Of a stretch of 64,000 nucleotides of DNA, positions 11,765-24,583 are shown in pieces. The translations under genes and the position numbers were made by a program. The stretch spans positions 19,840,001 to 19,904,000 of the forward strand of contig NC_073393.1 of the NCBI RefSeq assembly GCF_028641065.1, written 5' to 3'. Under the pieces are notes generated by a model. That model was not told the DNA's origin. It did no database searches and saw only the letters and a program-made list of their open reading frames with translations. This stretch comes from Leucoraja erinacea (taxonomy: Eukaryota). Position 1 is the first letter of the stretch; each line of letters begins with the position of its first letter.

Positions 11765-13135
11765 CCCCTGACACTCTGTTCACTCAAACTCTGATAACTC
11801 ACACTCTTAAAACACACATTCTGACAACTCACTCTGACTCCACATGCTCTGCCCCCTCTCACACTGACCCCTCACACTCAGTGCCTTCACACTCTGACAA
11901 CTCATACTCTAATTCCTCACACTCAGTTCACTCACACTCTTACCAATAACGTTTTGTAACTAAGCTGTTTCTTCCGCTGAAATGGCCGGCGCTCGAGGCC
12001 TTGAGCTAATCATAAATCGTCTTCTAAATTCCTAAGGGTGATTTGCAAGAGCACAGATTGAGCTGGTTATCTCAGAGTCAATAAATTAAACATATTCATC
12101 ACCATGACTTTGTAATATGTAAACCAGTTGCTGTGTTTCTAGCTTTAACGCATTGAATGCATTTCAAAAAGGACTTTGAAAGGCAACATTTTCCTGCTGT
12201 TCTTAGCCCCCCACTGGTTTTCATTGTTTTTTTAAACAAGAGATTTAAACAGGTTTCGGAATATTTACAATAGTTCTCAAATTAAAACACGACCTTCCCA
12301 ATCTAGGATACAATTCGGCTTTCTACCACGCTCGGCATCGTGTGGGAATCCCGGGCAGTTTCACTGCAAATGTGCTGAACGTCCCGGCGAGGCGGCGGGT
12401 TGCAAAAGACAGTTCCGCTCTGTCCCCGTGACCCGGGGGACAGGCTGGCGGTCTAAGCGGATTTAGTGTGGGAGAGCTTTTGTATTTTTCTAATTTGTAT
12501 TTAGCGTGGAGCGGTCACCCCTCTGTGAAAGCAGCGTCCTGCGACAAGCAACTGGGGCAATCAATCAGTGCTAATAATTCATACTCTAAAAGCGTCCATG
12601 CACCCAGGCAGCGCCGCCACTGTTCCCTGCCTGGATTGTGACGGCAAATCAATAAAGGGAGGAGACAAGCAAGCGTATCCGCACCACCAATGGGGTGTGT
12701 GCACAAGTCATTTCGTTGACAGGAATCATTAACATCCTGTTCGTGTGCAGGCACATTTGTTTGCAGTTCTGTGCGGAAATCATCATTGCACGCTCCGAGT
12801 AATTTTCCGCACATGAACTCATTGCGTAAGCAGGTCTTTGCTCTTGCTTGCCTGCACGCGAGCTGGTTGCACGGCAGTTGTGGCTAGTAACCGGATTTAA
12901 TATAATTTATTTGGCCTGCTTTCGGTCGACCCTTTGATCTGCAGGTGCAATGTGTTAATGAAACAAAACACAGAAAAATGCCACTTGCCCACAGTCGAGA
13001 TTAAACCCACTGGCGGAACACTAGCATATCTGCCTGCCAGAATATTGGTTCCACTCCAGTTCGCTCAACCCATCTCTCTGTCACGAAAACAATCAACCCG
13101 CCATGCACAATCAAATAAGATCAAATAGAACAAGT

Positions 13136-14543
13136 TTCAAACCGGCTAGACTCCGAAAGGCGATACTGCAGTCTCCTAAGAGTGACGGCGGTTTGGCACA
13201 TCCTGACTTTAGGCGATACTATTGGGCAGCTAACTTGCAAAAACTCCTGTATTGGATGAATGATGATTGCGACCACCTACCGACGTGGGTACACATGGAA
13301 AAGGCGAGTTCACATCTCCCGTTGCGGTCTGTCCTATGCTCCCAATTCCCCCTTCCTATAACATCTGTGGGTGCAGGCCCAATTGCGTCCCTCTCGCTCA
13401 AGCTATGGAGTCAACTTATGAAAAACTTTGGTTTACAAGGCCCTTCCATCTTGACCCCACTGCTTTAAACCAAGTACAGACCACGCATTCAAAACCTGGC
13501 ATAGCAACGGTATCAGTAGTATCAAAAACCTATACAAGGATGGCATATTTTCGTCTTTTGCGCAGCTCTCGTCCAACTATAGCCTCCCAAGCTCCCAACT
13601 TTTTAGTTTTTTCCAGATTAGGGATTTTGTGAAGAAGACATTCCCCCATTTCCCAAATCGCCCCCTGAAACCCTGACCGATACCATCTTAGCTCTAGATC
13701 CCAACCGGAAGAAATGCATCTCAGTTTTGTATAACTTGTTAGGGTTGGTTATATTGAAACCTCATACCTCATTAAAAGCTGCGTGGGAGGGTGAGCTGCA
13801 TACGAAACTAACAGACCAGCAATGGGACTCTGCCTTGGATTTGATCCATTCTTCCTCCATATGTGCCCGTCATGGCCTAATCCAATGCAAAGTCCTTCAC
13901 AAAGTCCACTACACAAATGCAAGATTATCTAGAATTTACCCCGCTGTTAGGGACACCTGCAACAGATGTAATCAATCTCCTGCCATATGTTTTGGTCTTG
14001 CCCTAAACTAGCAGCCTTTTGGAGGAGTGCTTTCGACTTGATAAGCAGAGCCTATGGCCAGACTATTCCTCCAAACCCACTGTCAGCCATTTTCGGTACC
14101 CCTCCCAACACCAACCTCTCTGTTGCGGTGAAACGGGTTCTAGCTTTTACAACCTTGTTAGCCCGGAGACTGATCTTGCTTAATTGGAAGCTCACCTGTC
14201 CCCCGACACACGCCCGCTGGATTAAGGAGGTGCTTTACAATTTAAAGCTTGCAAAACTTAGGTTCTCTCTCAAAGGCTCTACCAAGACATTCCTAGATAC
14301 ATGGAACCCTTTCTTGGAACTTGTTAACTCTCTCAACTTGTCCCTGGACTCGGAAGAGGACTGAGTGCTCTCCACCATTGTTCTGCTCTACTGCAGCTGC
14401 TCTCCCCTTAACCCCCCCCCATCCCATCCCCACACTTATTTATTTAATTACTTATTTATTTATTGTTATTAGTGACCCCCTTTTTTAATTTTTTTAATTA
14501 ATTAATTTATTTTTTAGTACTTTTTGTATCTGTCCCTGTATTG
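13136..14543 (+). mobile_element. L1-clade LINE, 5'-truncated ORF2 C-terminus, frameshifted
   Basis: LQSPKSDGGLAHPDFRRYYWAA, SSICARHGLIQCKVLHKVHYT, TCNRCNQSPA..MFWSCPKL (CCHC-type zinc region), WNPFL. Confidence 0.9.
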
Positions 14544-14872
14544 TTCACCGCATCTCCCCGGGGAGAGAGAGGGGTGGAGCCGGGGCTGTGTGCGTGAAGC
14601 ACTGTGATTGGAGGGGCGGGAGCGTTGCCCTTGGACCGTGAGGGACCTCTCCCTCACCCCCTTCTCCATTCCCTCTCACACCCCCCTCCCCGCCTACCCC
14701 TTTCTTCTCTCTCCATCCCTCTACTCTCTCTCCAACCCGCTCTGCCCCCTCCACCCGGGGTAGATCTACCCGAGCCAAGAGTAGATTACTCCAAAGATCC
14801 TAGAGCGGGGCCCAATTGGGAGCAAATCGGCCAATCGGCAAGGTAACCACCATCCTGGAGTCTCGATTGCTG

Positions 14873-15020
14873 CCACATCTTTGGGATGTGGGAGAAAACT
14901 GGAGCATCAGGAGAAAAGCCACATGATTACAGGGAGAGTGTGCAAACTCCACATAGACAGGGTCCAAATTAGAATTGAACCTGTATCTCGAGTGTTGTGA
15001 AGCTGCAGCTCTACTAGACG
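14873..15020 (-). mobile_element. HE1-type SINE fragment
   Basis: acatctttgggatgtgggagaaaactggagca...aaactccacatagacag core. Confidence 0.7.
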
Positions 15021-15379
15021 TGTTGCTGTTGAGCCCAAGGTGGTGATTGCCCTTCTCAGGTAAGCCAAGGCATGTTAAATCATCCCACTGAAGGTTCCTC
15101 TGCCTTGCTAAATGGCACTCAAAGCTGTATTGGTTTGAGAGTTTCAGTTTACCAATTGAAATAATGGGATTTTTTTCAAACTCATTACTGATTCGGCAGC
15201 CCTTAAAATCACTGAAGATTTTTTTTTTTAAATTCCAGTAGACACTGGCCAAGCTGTGACTCACTATTTCAGTAAAACTGTAGTGCAATGTATGGTGCCA
15301 GGCAGAGCTCAACTCACGGATTGTAGGACTGATGGAGCAAAGATTGTTGAATTATGTCTCACTGATGGGCAATACAGGG

Positions 15380-17091
15380 TGAAAAGAAGACGTACAAAGG
15401 TAAGCTCGCCAAGAATATAAAGAAAAATAGTTAAAGCTTCTTCAGGTATGTTAAGAGAAAAAGATTAGTAAAGCCAAATGTGGGTCCCTTGAAGGCAGAA
15501 ACAGGTGAAATTATTATGGGGAACAAGGAAATGGCCGAAGATTCGAACAGGTACTTTGGTTCTGTCTTCACTAATGAAGATAAAAACAATCTCCCAGATG
15601 TACTAGAGGATCTAAGGAGATAAAGGATCTGAAAGAAATTTGCATAAGGTGAGAAATAGTATTGGGTAGACTGATGGAATTGATAAATCCCCAGGGCCTG
15701 ATGGTCTGCATAGGATAGGTTCCTGTGGATTGGAGTCTAGCTAATGTTATCCTACTTTTCAAGAAAGGAGTGAGAGAAAAAACTGAGAATTATAGACCAG
15801 TTAGCCTGACATTGGTGATGGGGAAGATGCTGGAGTCAATTATTAAAGAAGTAATAATAGCACATTTGGATAGCAGTAAAAGGATTGGTCCAAATCAGCA
15901 CGGATTTATGAAAGGGAAATCATGCTTGACTAATCTTCTGGAATTTTTTGAAGATGTGACAAGTAAATTGGATGAAGGGGTGCCAGTCGATGTAGTGTAT
16001 CTAGACTTTCAGAAAGCTTTTGATAAGATCCCACACAGGAGATTAGTGGGCAAAATTAGAACACATGGTATTGGAAGTAGGGTATTGACATCGATAGAGA
16101 ATTGGTTGGCAGACAGGAAACAAAGAGTAGGAGTAAACTAATCCCTGTCAGAATGGCAGGCAGTGGCGAGTGGAGTGCCACAGGGCTTGGTGCTGGGGCC
16201 ACAACTATTTACAATATATATTCGTGATTTGGATGATGGAATTAAAAGTAACACTAGCAAATTTGCAGATGACACAAAGCTGGGTGGCGGTGTGAACTGC
16301 GACGAGGATGCTAGGAGGTTGCAGGGTGACTAGGACAGGTTGAGTGAGTGGGCAGATGCAATAAAATGTACATAGATGTGAGGTTATCCACATTGGCAGC
16401 AAGAAAAAGGAGTTAGATTATTATCTCAGTGGTGTCAGATTAGGAAAAAGGGAAGTGCAACGAGACCTTGGTGTCCTTATACACCAGTCTCTGAAAGTAA
16501 ACACGCAGGTACAGCAGGCAATGAAAAAAGCTAATGGCATGTTGACCTTCATAATGAGAAGATTTGAGTATAGGAGTAAAAAGGTCCTTCTGCAGTTGTA
16601 CAGTGCCCTGATGAGACCACACCTGGAGTATTATGTGCAGTTTTGGTCTCCTAATTTGAGGAAGGACATTCTTGTTATTGAGGAGTGCAGTGTAGCTTCA
16701 CGAGGTTAATCCCCGGGATGGCGGCACTGTCATATGAGAAAAGATTGGAAAGACGGTGCTTGTATTCACTGGAATTTAGAAGAATGCGGTGGAATCTTAT
16801 AGAGACATATAAAATTGTAAAAGAACTGGACAAGCTAGATGCAGGAAAAATGTTCCCAATGTTGGGGGAGTCCAGAATCAGGGGCCACAGTCTAAGAATA
16901 AAGGGGAGGCCATTTAGAACTGAGATGAATTTAAAAGAGAGTTAGATAGAGCTCTTGCTGCTCGTGTAATCGAGGGGTATGGGGAGAAGGTAGGCACGGG
17001 TCATCAGCTGTGGATGATCAGCCATCATCACAATGAATGGTGGTGCTGGCTCGAAGGGCCGAATTGCCTCCTCCTGCACCTATTTTCTATG
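15380..17091 (+). mobile_element. CR1 LINE, 5'-truncated, decayed RT
   Basis: NYRPVSLT, QHGFMKGKSCLTNLLEFFE, YLDFQKAFD, GVPQG, KFADDTKL; several frameshifts. Confidence 0.92.
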
Positions 17092-18399
17092 ATGGTACTG
17101 AAATACTGAATGTGCTCTTTTCTCCCCCTTCTCTTATTCTCAATTTGACAGGGGGAAACATTCAATCTGCTGGTAACCTCGTTGCTATCTCACTCAGGTG
17201 GATATTTTCCATGGGTGATCTTGAGCAGCTGTTGATTCCTTGAAGGTGTTACTGCCCAAGCTGACCACTCTCATTGCCATTCGCCTCAGGGTGACAGGGA
17301 AGTGCTTTTGTCTGTGGGCACAAAGCTCAACTCCCTTGGATGAAACTGGTGCCCCTGTTCCCCGTGTTACCTTGGAGCTGGGGTCTTGCTTGTCAGGATA
17401 GTTTGTAGCCACAAAAATAGAAAATGCTAGAAATATCCGCTGAAAAATAGTTATCTGTGTTGCTCCAACCTCATTTGCTGTCTGACCTGCTGAGCATTTA
17501 CAGCATTTACTGTTTTTTCCCCCCATATCCAACATATGCAGATTTTTTATAAAGCCATATTTGACAACCCTAATTGCTGTGAAAAATTGCTTAATTTGTA
17601 AATTAAAGTATTCTGCTAAATAGAAAGTACCTCCGCAGAAATCAACCCACTTTCTTCCGTTCTGCTACTTTTATTTCCTCCTCCCTCGCCTACTATGCTA
17701 ATTTGTTGCTTCCAAAAGCACTTCTTCTATTGCCGATAACTCCCTACCGACCAGCCCGCCTTCTGCGCCTCAGTGCATCCTTCCGCCACTGAATCCCCAA
17801 CAGCAGGGGACAGCAGAGACCTCTCCATTACCGCACCGACCATCAACCCTATTTACATTCATCTTAGAATAACTTTTTAGTTTCTCGCCACATTCATATA
17901 AACTTACCCAAATTCTCCACTCAAATTGCCCCCCCCCCCCCCCCCCCCCCCCCCCTCAAAGGCATCCCTTCCTCGGCCCAGCTGTTCAGTAGTTTAGTTT
18001 TGAGATGTGTCGTAACTACATTCCATGCCGCAGTCCTGCTGCCACAGACCTTGTTTCTGCCTTCCCATTGAACAAGTCTCTCTCCCACATCTCCCTGACT
18101 AATGTCTAAGGGAAACAACTCCATTACTTTACTGCTACAGAGGTTGGAATACCTGCTCAGACGATTCCTTCATTTCATACGCTGAACTGTTTGGTGATTT
18201 TAATTTACTCCTCTTTCAGCTTCTTGCCATCGATATGGAGGCTGCACCCAGGGACCATTGTCTATTCCCTTACCCCCTCCAATATCTCTTGAATTCTCCC
18301 TCTTTCAATTGCTTTCCCACCTCCTACATCCCCTTGACAGTCCCCTTGCCCCCTCACAACTTCTCACCCACTCACCTCCCCACAGTCGCGGAGAGGTGT

Positions 18400-19260
18400 T
18401 GATGAAGGCCTGTGGCTAGTGGTGTGCTGTTTGTCAGCTCTATCAATCATGAGAACTTGCATGGCATGATTAACAAATTTGAAAATGGCACGAAAGGGAG
18501 TGACAATGAAGTTGGTTGTCAAAACTTGCAGCAGGATCTATATCGGTTGGGCACGTGGGCTGAGGAATGGTTGATGGAATTTAATACAGAGAAATGTGAG
18601 GTGTTGCAATTTGGGAAGTCTAACGTGGGCAGGACTAACACAGTAAATGGTAGGGCTTGAGTATTGAGTATGGAAGTTGGGAGGTCATGTTGCAGTTATA
18701 TACTTGGTGAGGCCAGATTACGAGTATTGTGTTCAGTTTTGGTCACCATGTGACAGAAAATATGTTGTCAAACTGGAAAGGGTGCAGAGAGGATCTACAA
18801 GGATTATACCAGGACTCGAGTCCCAGAGCTTTATGGAGAGGTTGGGCAGGCTAGGACTTGATTCCTTGGAGTGCAGGAGAATGAGAAGTGATCTTATAGA
18901 AATGTACAAAATCATGAGAGGAATAAACAGCGTAAATGCACAGAGTCTTATGCCCAGAATAGTAGAATCGAGAACTAGAGGACATGGGTATAAGGTGAGG
19001 GGGGAAAAGATTAATAAGAACCCAAGGAAAAACTTTTTTACACAAAGGGTGGTGGGTGTATGGAACAAGCTGCTGGTGGAGGTAGTTGAGGTAGGTACTA
19101 ACGCAAAGATAAGAAACATTTGGACACATACATGGATAGGACAAGTTTAAAGGGATATGAGCCAAACATAGGCAGGTGGGACTAGTGTAGTTGGGGCATG
19201 TTAGTCAGCATGGGCAGTGTGGGAAAAATGGCCTGTTTTAATGCTGTATGTCTATGACTC
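18400..19260 (+). mobile_element. CR1 LINE 3' part
   Basis: WAEEWLMEFNTEKC, YCVQFWSP, FFTQRVVGVWNKL; tail ctatgactc. Confidence 0.88.
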
Positions 19261-19269
19261 ACTCGTTCC

Positions 19270-21330
19270 TTGATCATTAACCTCACTACTGTCCACAACC
19301 CCTCACCACTCTCTTCATCTCTGCACAATTTCCCTCATTCGCTTTCCATTCTCCTTATCCCGACACCACTCACCACTCCACCCCTTTCCCCACTCCACTC
19401 AACTCCATTCATCCTTCCTCACTTCCACTCTATTCCTCACCCCTCTCCCCTCATTCCTTCCCACTCCCATCCATTCACCCCACTGCCTTTCCAACACCCC
19501 TTCCCATACACCTCTCCAATCACCCTCCACCCACTTCACTCCCTTCACCTCAACCCTCCCCACTCCCCTGTCCATTTACCTCCCCTCCCCCTTAATCCCC
19601 CCATTCTCCTCACACCTCTCCAATCCCCACTGGCCTCACCCAACTCCCTTTCTGACTCCCCACTTGCCACCCTCCACTCCCCAATCCCCACTCCACACCC
19701 TCACTCCCCACTTCCCTCACCCTCCACCCAATTCCCTTTCCAACTCGCCATTCCCCTTCTCCACTCTCCACTGCTCCTCACCACTCCCCTCATTCTTCAC
19801 CCTGTCCATGCCCCCCCTCCCTTCAGCTTCCCCCACTCCACTCCTTTTAACACATCCCATTCTGCTTACCTGTGCCTGATCTCCATTCCCCCCGCCCTTA
19901 CTACTTCGCAGTCCCCCCACTCTTCAACACTTCCTTCACTACTCTCCACTCCCTTTACCCATCTTGACTCCCTGCCACACCCTCTTCACCCCTCCCCAAT
20001 CATCACTCCCTGCACCCTCCCTCACTCCTCACTCGCTCCCCTCTGCACTCCCTTCCCCACTCTCCACACCGCTCACCATTCCACGCTCCCCTCCCCACTC
20101 TTATTACCCCTCCCTTCACACTCCCCTCACTCCTCCATTCAACCCCTGTTTCTCTAAACCACCAAACCTCTCACTCCACCAAATCTGTCACCCCCACTCC
20201 CTTCAATCATCCCACTCCCCTCACCATACCTCACTTCCTGCAGCGCTTCCCACTCCTTTCAACTATCCTCTCCCTTCACCTCTTCACCACCAAAACAGTC
20301 CTCACCAATCCCTCCTGACTTTCCATCCCGTCACCCATAACCACTTCCTTCACTTTGCCCCTTCCTACTCCCCACTCCCCTCAACCTTTATATCTCTCCT
20401 GCCTCAAGCCTCCTCATCCCCACCACCTCCCTGCTCTCTACAATCACCACTGTTTTCACACTTCAACCCATCCCATTCCACTCACCATTCCCCTGCCCAC
20501 TCACCTCTCTCTCCCCATCCCCTCCTGACTCCCCACTTCCTTCCTCACTTCCTACCCCTGTCCACCTTCCACTTCCCACTCTCCCTCCCCTCACCTCACC
20601 CCTCATTCCTCCTCACTCACCCCCTCCCCGCAACCCTCCCCGCTCACTTCACTCCTCCCCATAACCCACTCCCCTTTACATCGACCAGTCATCATTGCCC
20701 TATCCATTCCCCACATCACACACTTTGACACTCCCAATCTCCTCATCTCTTCCCGTTCCCTCGTGCCTCCCCACTCCTTTCTTTCCTCTTGTCTCCCCAT
20801 GTCATTCACCAGTCACCTCTCACTGATCGTCTCACAACTATCCTGAACACTTACCTCTTCCCCCTTGCCTCTTCTCTCCCCACACCACTCTCCTCTTTCC
20901 TCATCACTTCCCTAATCCCTCTAATCCCTCATCCCCTCATATCCAGCCATCTTACCTCAGCACCTTCACTCACATCCTCACTGGCTTTACTAACATCCCA
21001 CCCTTCTTACTGGTCCCTTTTCCCCTTATCCCCTCATCTCCACTTACCTCAATCCACTCGCACTTCACTTTTCCCATTTCCCGTTTGCATTGCCCTCACC
21101 TCACTGATTTCACTCACCCTCCTCAGTGCTGCACTCGCCTCCCCCTCATTGGCTTCCACCCTCTTTCTCTCCTTAATTCATGCCTTCTGCCTCTACCCCT
21201 CAGTGACTCCATCATCCTTGGCTCTTCCCACCAACTTCCCTCTTCGCCAACTGCTCTAACCTTCCTCATGGTCACCTATCGCTATTCTCAAGGACTCCCA
21301 TCATCTTATTTACCTCATCAACCCTATCAA
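19270..21330. repeat. ~2-kb C/T-rich low-complexity tract
   Basis: Plus strand is nearly devoid of G, made of ccct/cact/ctcc units; it produces the spurious Pro/Ser/His/Leu ORFs. Confidence 0.9.
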
Positions 21331-21451
21331 CTCCAGAGACCTCTCCATTTCCACACCGCCCATCAACCCCATTTACACTCGTCTTAGAAGAACTTTTTTG
21401 TTCCTCGCCACATTCATATAAACTCACCGAAATTCTACCACACATCTATAC

Positions 21452-21636
21452 ACTGGGGATCAATTTAAGTGGACAATTAACCTACCAACCCTCATGTCTT
21501 TGAGACATGGTAGAAAACCACAGTGCCCAGAGAATCACAGAGCGAGCCCGTGCACACTCCGCACAGTCAGCGCCCGAGGTCGGGATTGAACCCAGGTCCC
21601 TGGCGCTGTGAGCAAGGGGCTATACCAGCAACACTA
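21452..21636 (-). mobile_element. HE1-type SINE
   Basis: caattaacctaccaacc..gtctttg..gtcagcgcccgaggtcgggattgaacccaggtccctggcgctgtgag. Confidence 0.8.
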
Positions 21637-21874
21637 CTCATTGTGCAAATGGCAGAGATTTAGTGTTTTTCCTTTAGTCGCAAATATAACCTATTCACAT
21701 AAGTTTTCAAACAAATATCGTTTGAACTCCACAGCTGAATATTTGTCTGCGCTTGGTTCGAGGAAATTTGCCATTTAAATACTTTCCCTGGAAGTCTGCC
21801 AGCCTACCTTGCTCTCCTCAGTCCTTTGTATTTAACACCTGAAGGCATTCCTTTCTCGGCCCAGCCCAGCTCAG

Positions 21875-22157
21875 TAGTTTAGTTACGAGATACAGTGCGT
21901 AACTTCGGCCCACCAAATCCGCACCGATCAGCGATCCCCCGTACACTAACACCATCCCACACATTAGCGCCAATTAACAATTTCTACTGAAGCTAAATTA
22001 ACCTACGTCTTTGGAGTGTAGTGTGAAACCAGAGTACCTGCAGAAAACTCATGCGGTCACATGGAGAACGTACAAACTCCCTAAAGGCAGTACCCGCAGT
22101 CAGGATCGAACCTGGGTCACTGATGCTGTAAGGCAGCAACGCTACTGCTGTGCTATC
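21875..22157 (-). mobile_element. HE1-type SINE
   Basis: agtttagt tail, ttcggcccacc, ..gtcaggatcgaacctgggtcactgatgctgtaaggcagcaac. Confidence 0.85.
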
Positions 22158-22842
22158 ATGTTATAACTGCACTCCACACTGAACAAGTCCCTCTCTCACA
22201 TCTCCCTGACTACTGTCTAAGGGAAACAACCCCATTACTTTACTGCTACAGAGATGGGAATACCTGCTCAGACGATTCCTTGATTTCATACGCTGAACTG
22301 TTTGGTGATTTTAATTTACTCCTCGTTCAGTTTCTTGTCTTCGAAATGGAGGCTGCACCCAAGGACCAGAGTCCACTCCCTCACCCCCTCCAACAACTCT
22401 CGAATTCACCCTCTTTCAATTGCTTCCCCACCTCCTACATCCCCTTGATTCTTCACATTCCATTCTCTGTGCACTATTGTAACACAGTGTCTCTGATCCT
22501 CCGCAGCCTAACTTCTTCTGAGTTATGCGCGGTTCCTTCTATCGGTTATGAGCGGTTGCTCCCATCCCTCAGTGCCAGAACTCTACCCTGAAAGCCATTT
22601 TAAACACGTCCAGTGATTTGTTTCATAACCGAAGAATTAGCACGCATTGCTTTGCAATGTCCCCTCTGCACTGTCAACCGTGTGTGCTTTCAATTCCCAT
22701 ACAGACCAGTATCTTATCTGGCACTAGCCAGACAGTAATAAGGAAGTGCTGCTCTAATGGAAACAGTGCAGTTTGGACAGCACTTTAAATTTACCCTCTC
22801 AGGGGTGCAAAAAGGCATCTGTAATACAACATCAAGTAAACT

Positions 22843-22944
22843 GTGGGAGGTACACAAAAAAGCTGGAGAAACTCAGCGGGTGCAGCAGCATCTATGGAGC
22901 GAAGGAAATAGGCAACGTTTCGGGCCGAAACCCTTCTTCAGACT
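22843..22944 (-). mobile_element. Penelope-derived short element with an intact minimal hammerhead-like core
   Basis: Minus strand of 22911-22944 reads agt-CTGAAGA-A-GGGT-TTCG-GCCC-GAAAC-GTT-gcc. Confidence 0.65.
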
Positions 22945-24091
22945 GTGGGGAAACTGTGGGAATTGGCCCTAGGAGCAGGTATCGGGTAACTTATCACATT
23001 ACCCTTTACAAATAGATTGCTATGCCTTTGATACCAAATTGTCATGTCTTCAATAGGCAGTATTAATTGGCAGTATTAATTCAGAAGTATTAATTGTAAC
23101 ACTATTTATGTGTTAATAGGCAATATTAATTGCAATGCTAGTTGTCGTATTAATCTTAATCGCCACTGTTGTACCTGCTTCTATCACCATACCTATGCTA
23201 TGGCAGCACATTCCAGATAAACACCATTCTCTGTGTAAAGGAGAAGAAGGGGGAAGAGCTGGTTGGGGAGGGGAAGGAAGATGAGAGGGTGCAGAGGTCA
23301 TAAGTGCAGAAAATTGTGGAAATTGTCAGGTTATACCTTCTTGAAATGGAACAAATTATAATGGCATCAATCAAATGAGGACCAGGATGACAGAGAGAGG
23401 TCGGACAGCGGAAAACCCTTCTGTTTATGGAATTCCATAGAAACGGGCCATTATTCACTGCCTGCTTTTGTCCATCTCACGTTAATAGATCTTTTCTCCT
23501 CTATTTAATTGCACCATGATCGTGTCAATAATGATTATCTTTAGAATCAGAGTATCAAACACTGACCTCAATGGGGACAAAAATTTCCAATGACGAAATT
23601 CAGAAACTGAAGATGTTGTTTTGCTCATTCAGTGAGATGCTCTGCAAAACCTGACCATTAACTGAGGGAAGGTAATGGAAACTTATTTCATTAGAAATGA
23701 CAGCTTTTGTTTTAATCTAACAGATCTAGATGCAATTATTCATTGGCAACCAGCACCTTTTGGAGCCGCAAAGATGTGGTTGCACAGACAGGTTTGGCCT
23801 GTTCTTAAAAAATGTTTTGCAACTGCTTTCTGCAGAAATGGGAGGTAGGTAACAAAGTGTGGGGGTGTATTGCAAGACACAGGCCAGAGTCTAGTCCAAT
23901 AAGTGCCTGTTCCAAAGGAAACATTTGTGGTTTGCAGGCCAGATTGTTATCGTGCATTTATGTTTCTAATGAATGTTGGTTGATGTGTGATTAATTAGTT
24001 CTTAGTTTTGCACATTGTTCTGCAACTTATGCGAGTAAACAACATGACCTCACGCACCTTCTATTTTTGGAATGAACAGAAAATATTAAGT

Positions 24092-24583
24092 GAATAGAAT
24101 AGAATAGTTTCTTTATTGTCATTGTAACATGAACCATGTTACAACGAAATTTAAAAATGTCGGCCAGTCAGTGCCCCATCCAAACATTTCTAAAAGCTAA
24201 CGATACATACAAGATAAAATATTAAAAGATAAACAACTAAAATAAATATCATGAAAATAGCACGCATAAACACCCAACCCTCCATCCTTCTGTCGGTTTC
24301 ACAGTGTACCACAGTCCCTTAGTATGTATCGCCCCTGCGTTCCTTGGCGGCTACATTTAGTGCTTTTATAGCAGTGGGGTAAAAACTGTTTTTTAGTCTG
24401 TTCGTCCTTGTTCTTGTAGATCTGTACCGTCTGCCTGACGGCAACAGTTCAAACAGGGAGTGTCCGGGGTGGGAAATGTCCTTTATAATACTCTGGGATT
24501 TTTTAATGCAGCGGGAACTGTGTAAGTCCTCCAAGGTAAGGAGAGGGCAGCTGACAATCCTCTGGGCGTTGTCAATGGCCCTA
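24092..24583 (-). mobile_element. Rex1/Babar-type LINE 3' end
   Basis: SIIKDISHPGHSLFELLPSGRRYRSTRTRTNRLKNSFYPTAIKALN; (ctatt)n tail. Confidence 0.88.

Noticed and set aside
14545-14860. Promoter-like cluster of CCAAT and GC boxes
   Set aside because: It abuts an L1 end and a SINE and looks like a DNA-transposon/MITE fragment; no associated exon was found.
19270-21387. Long Pro/Ser/His-rich ORFs (295, 254, 156 aa)
   Set aside because: These are an artefact of a G-poor low-complexity tract that rarely forms stop codons.
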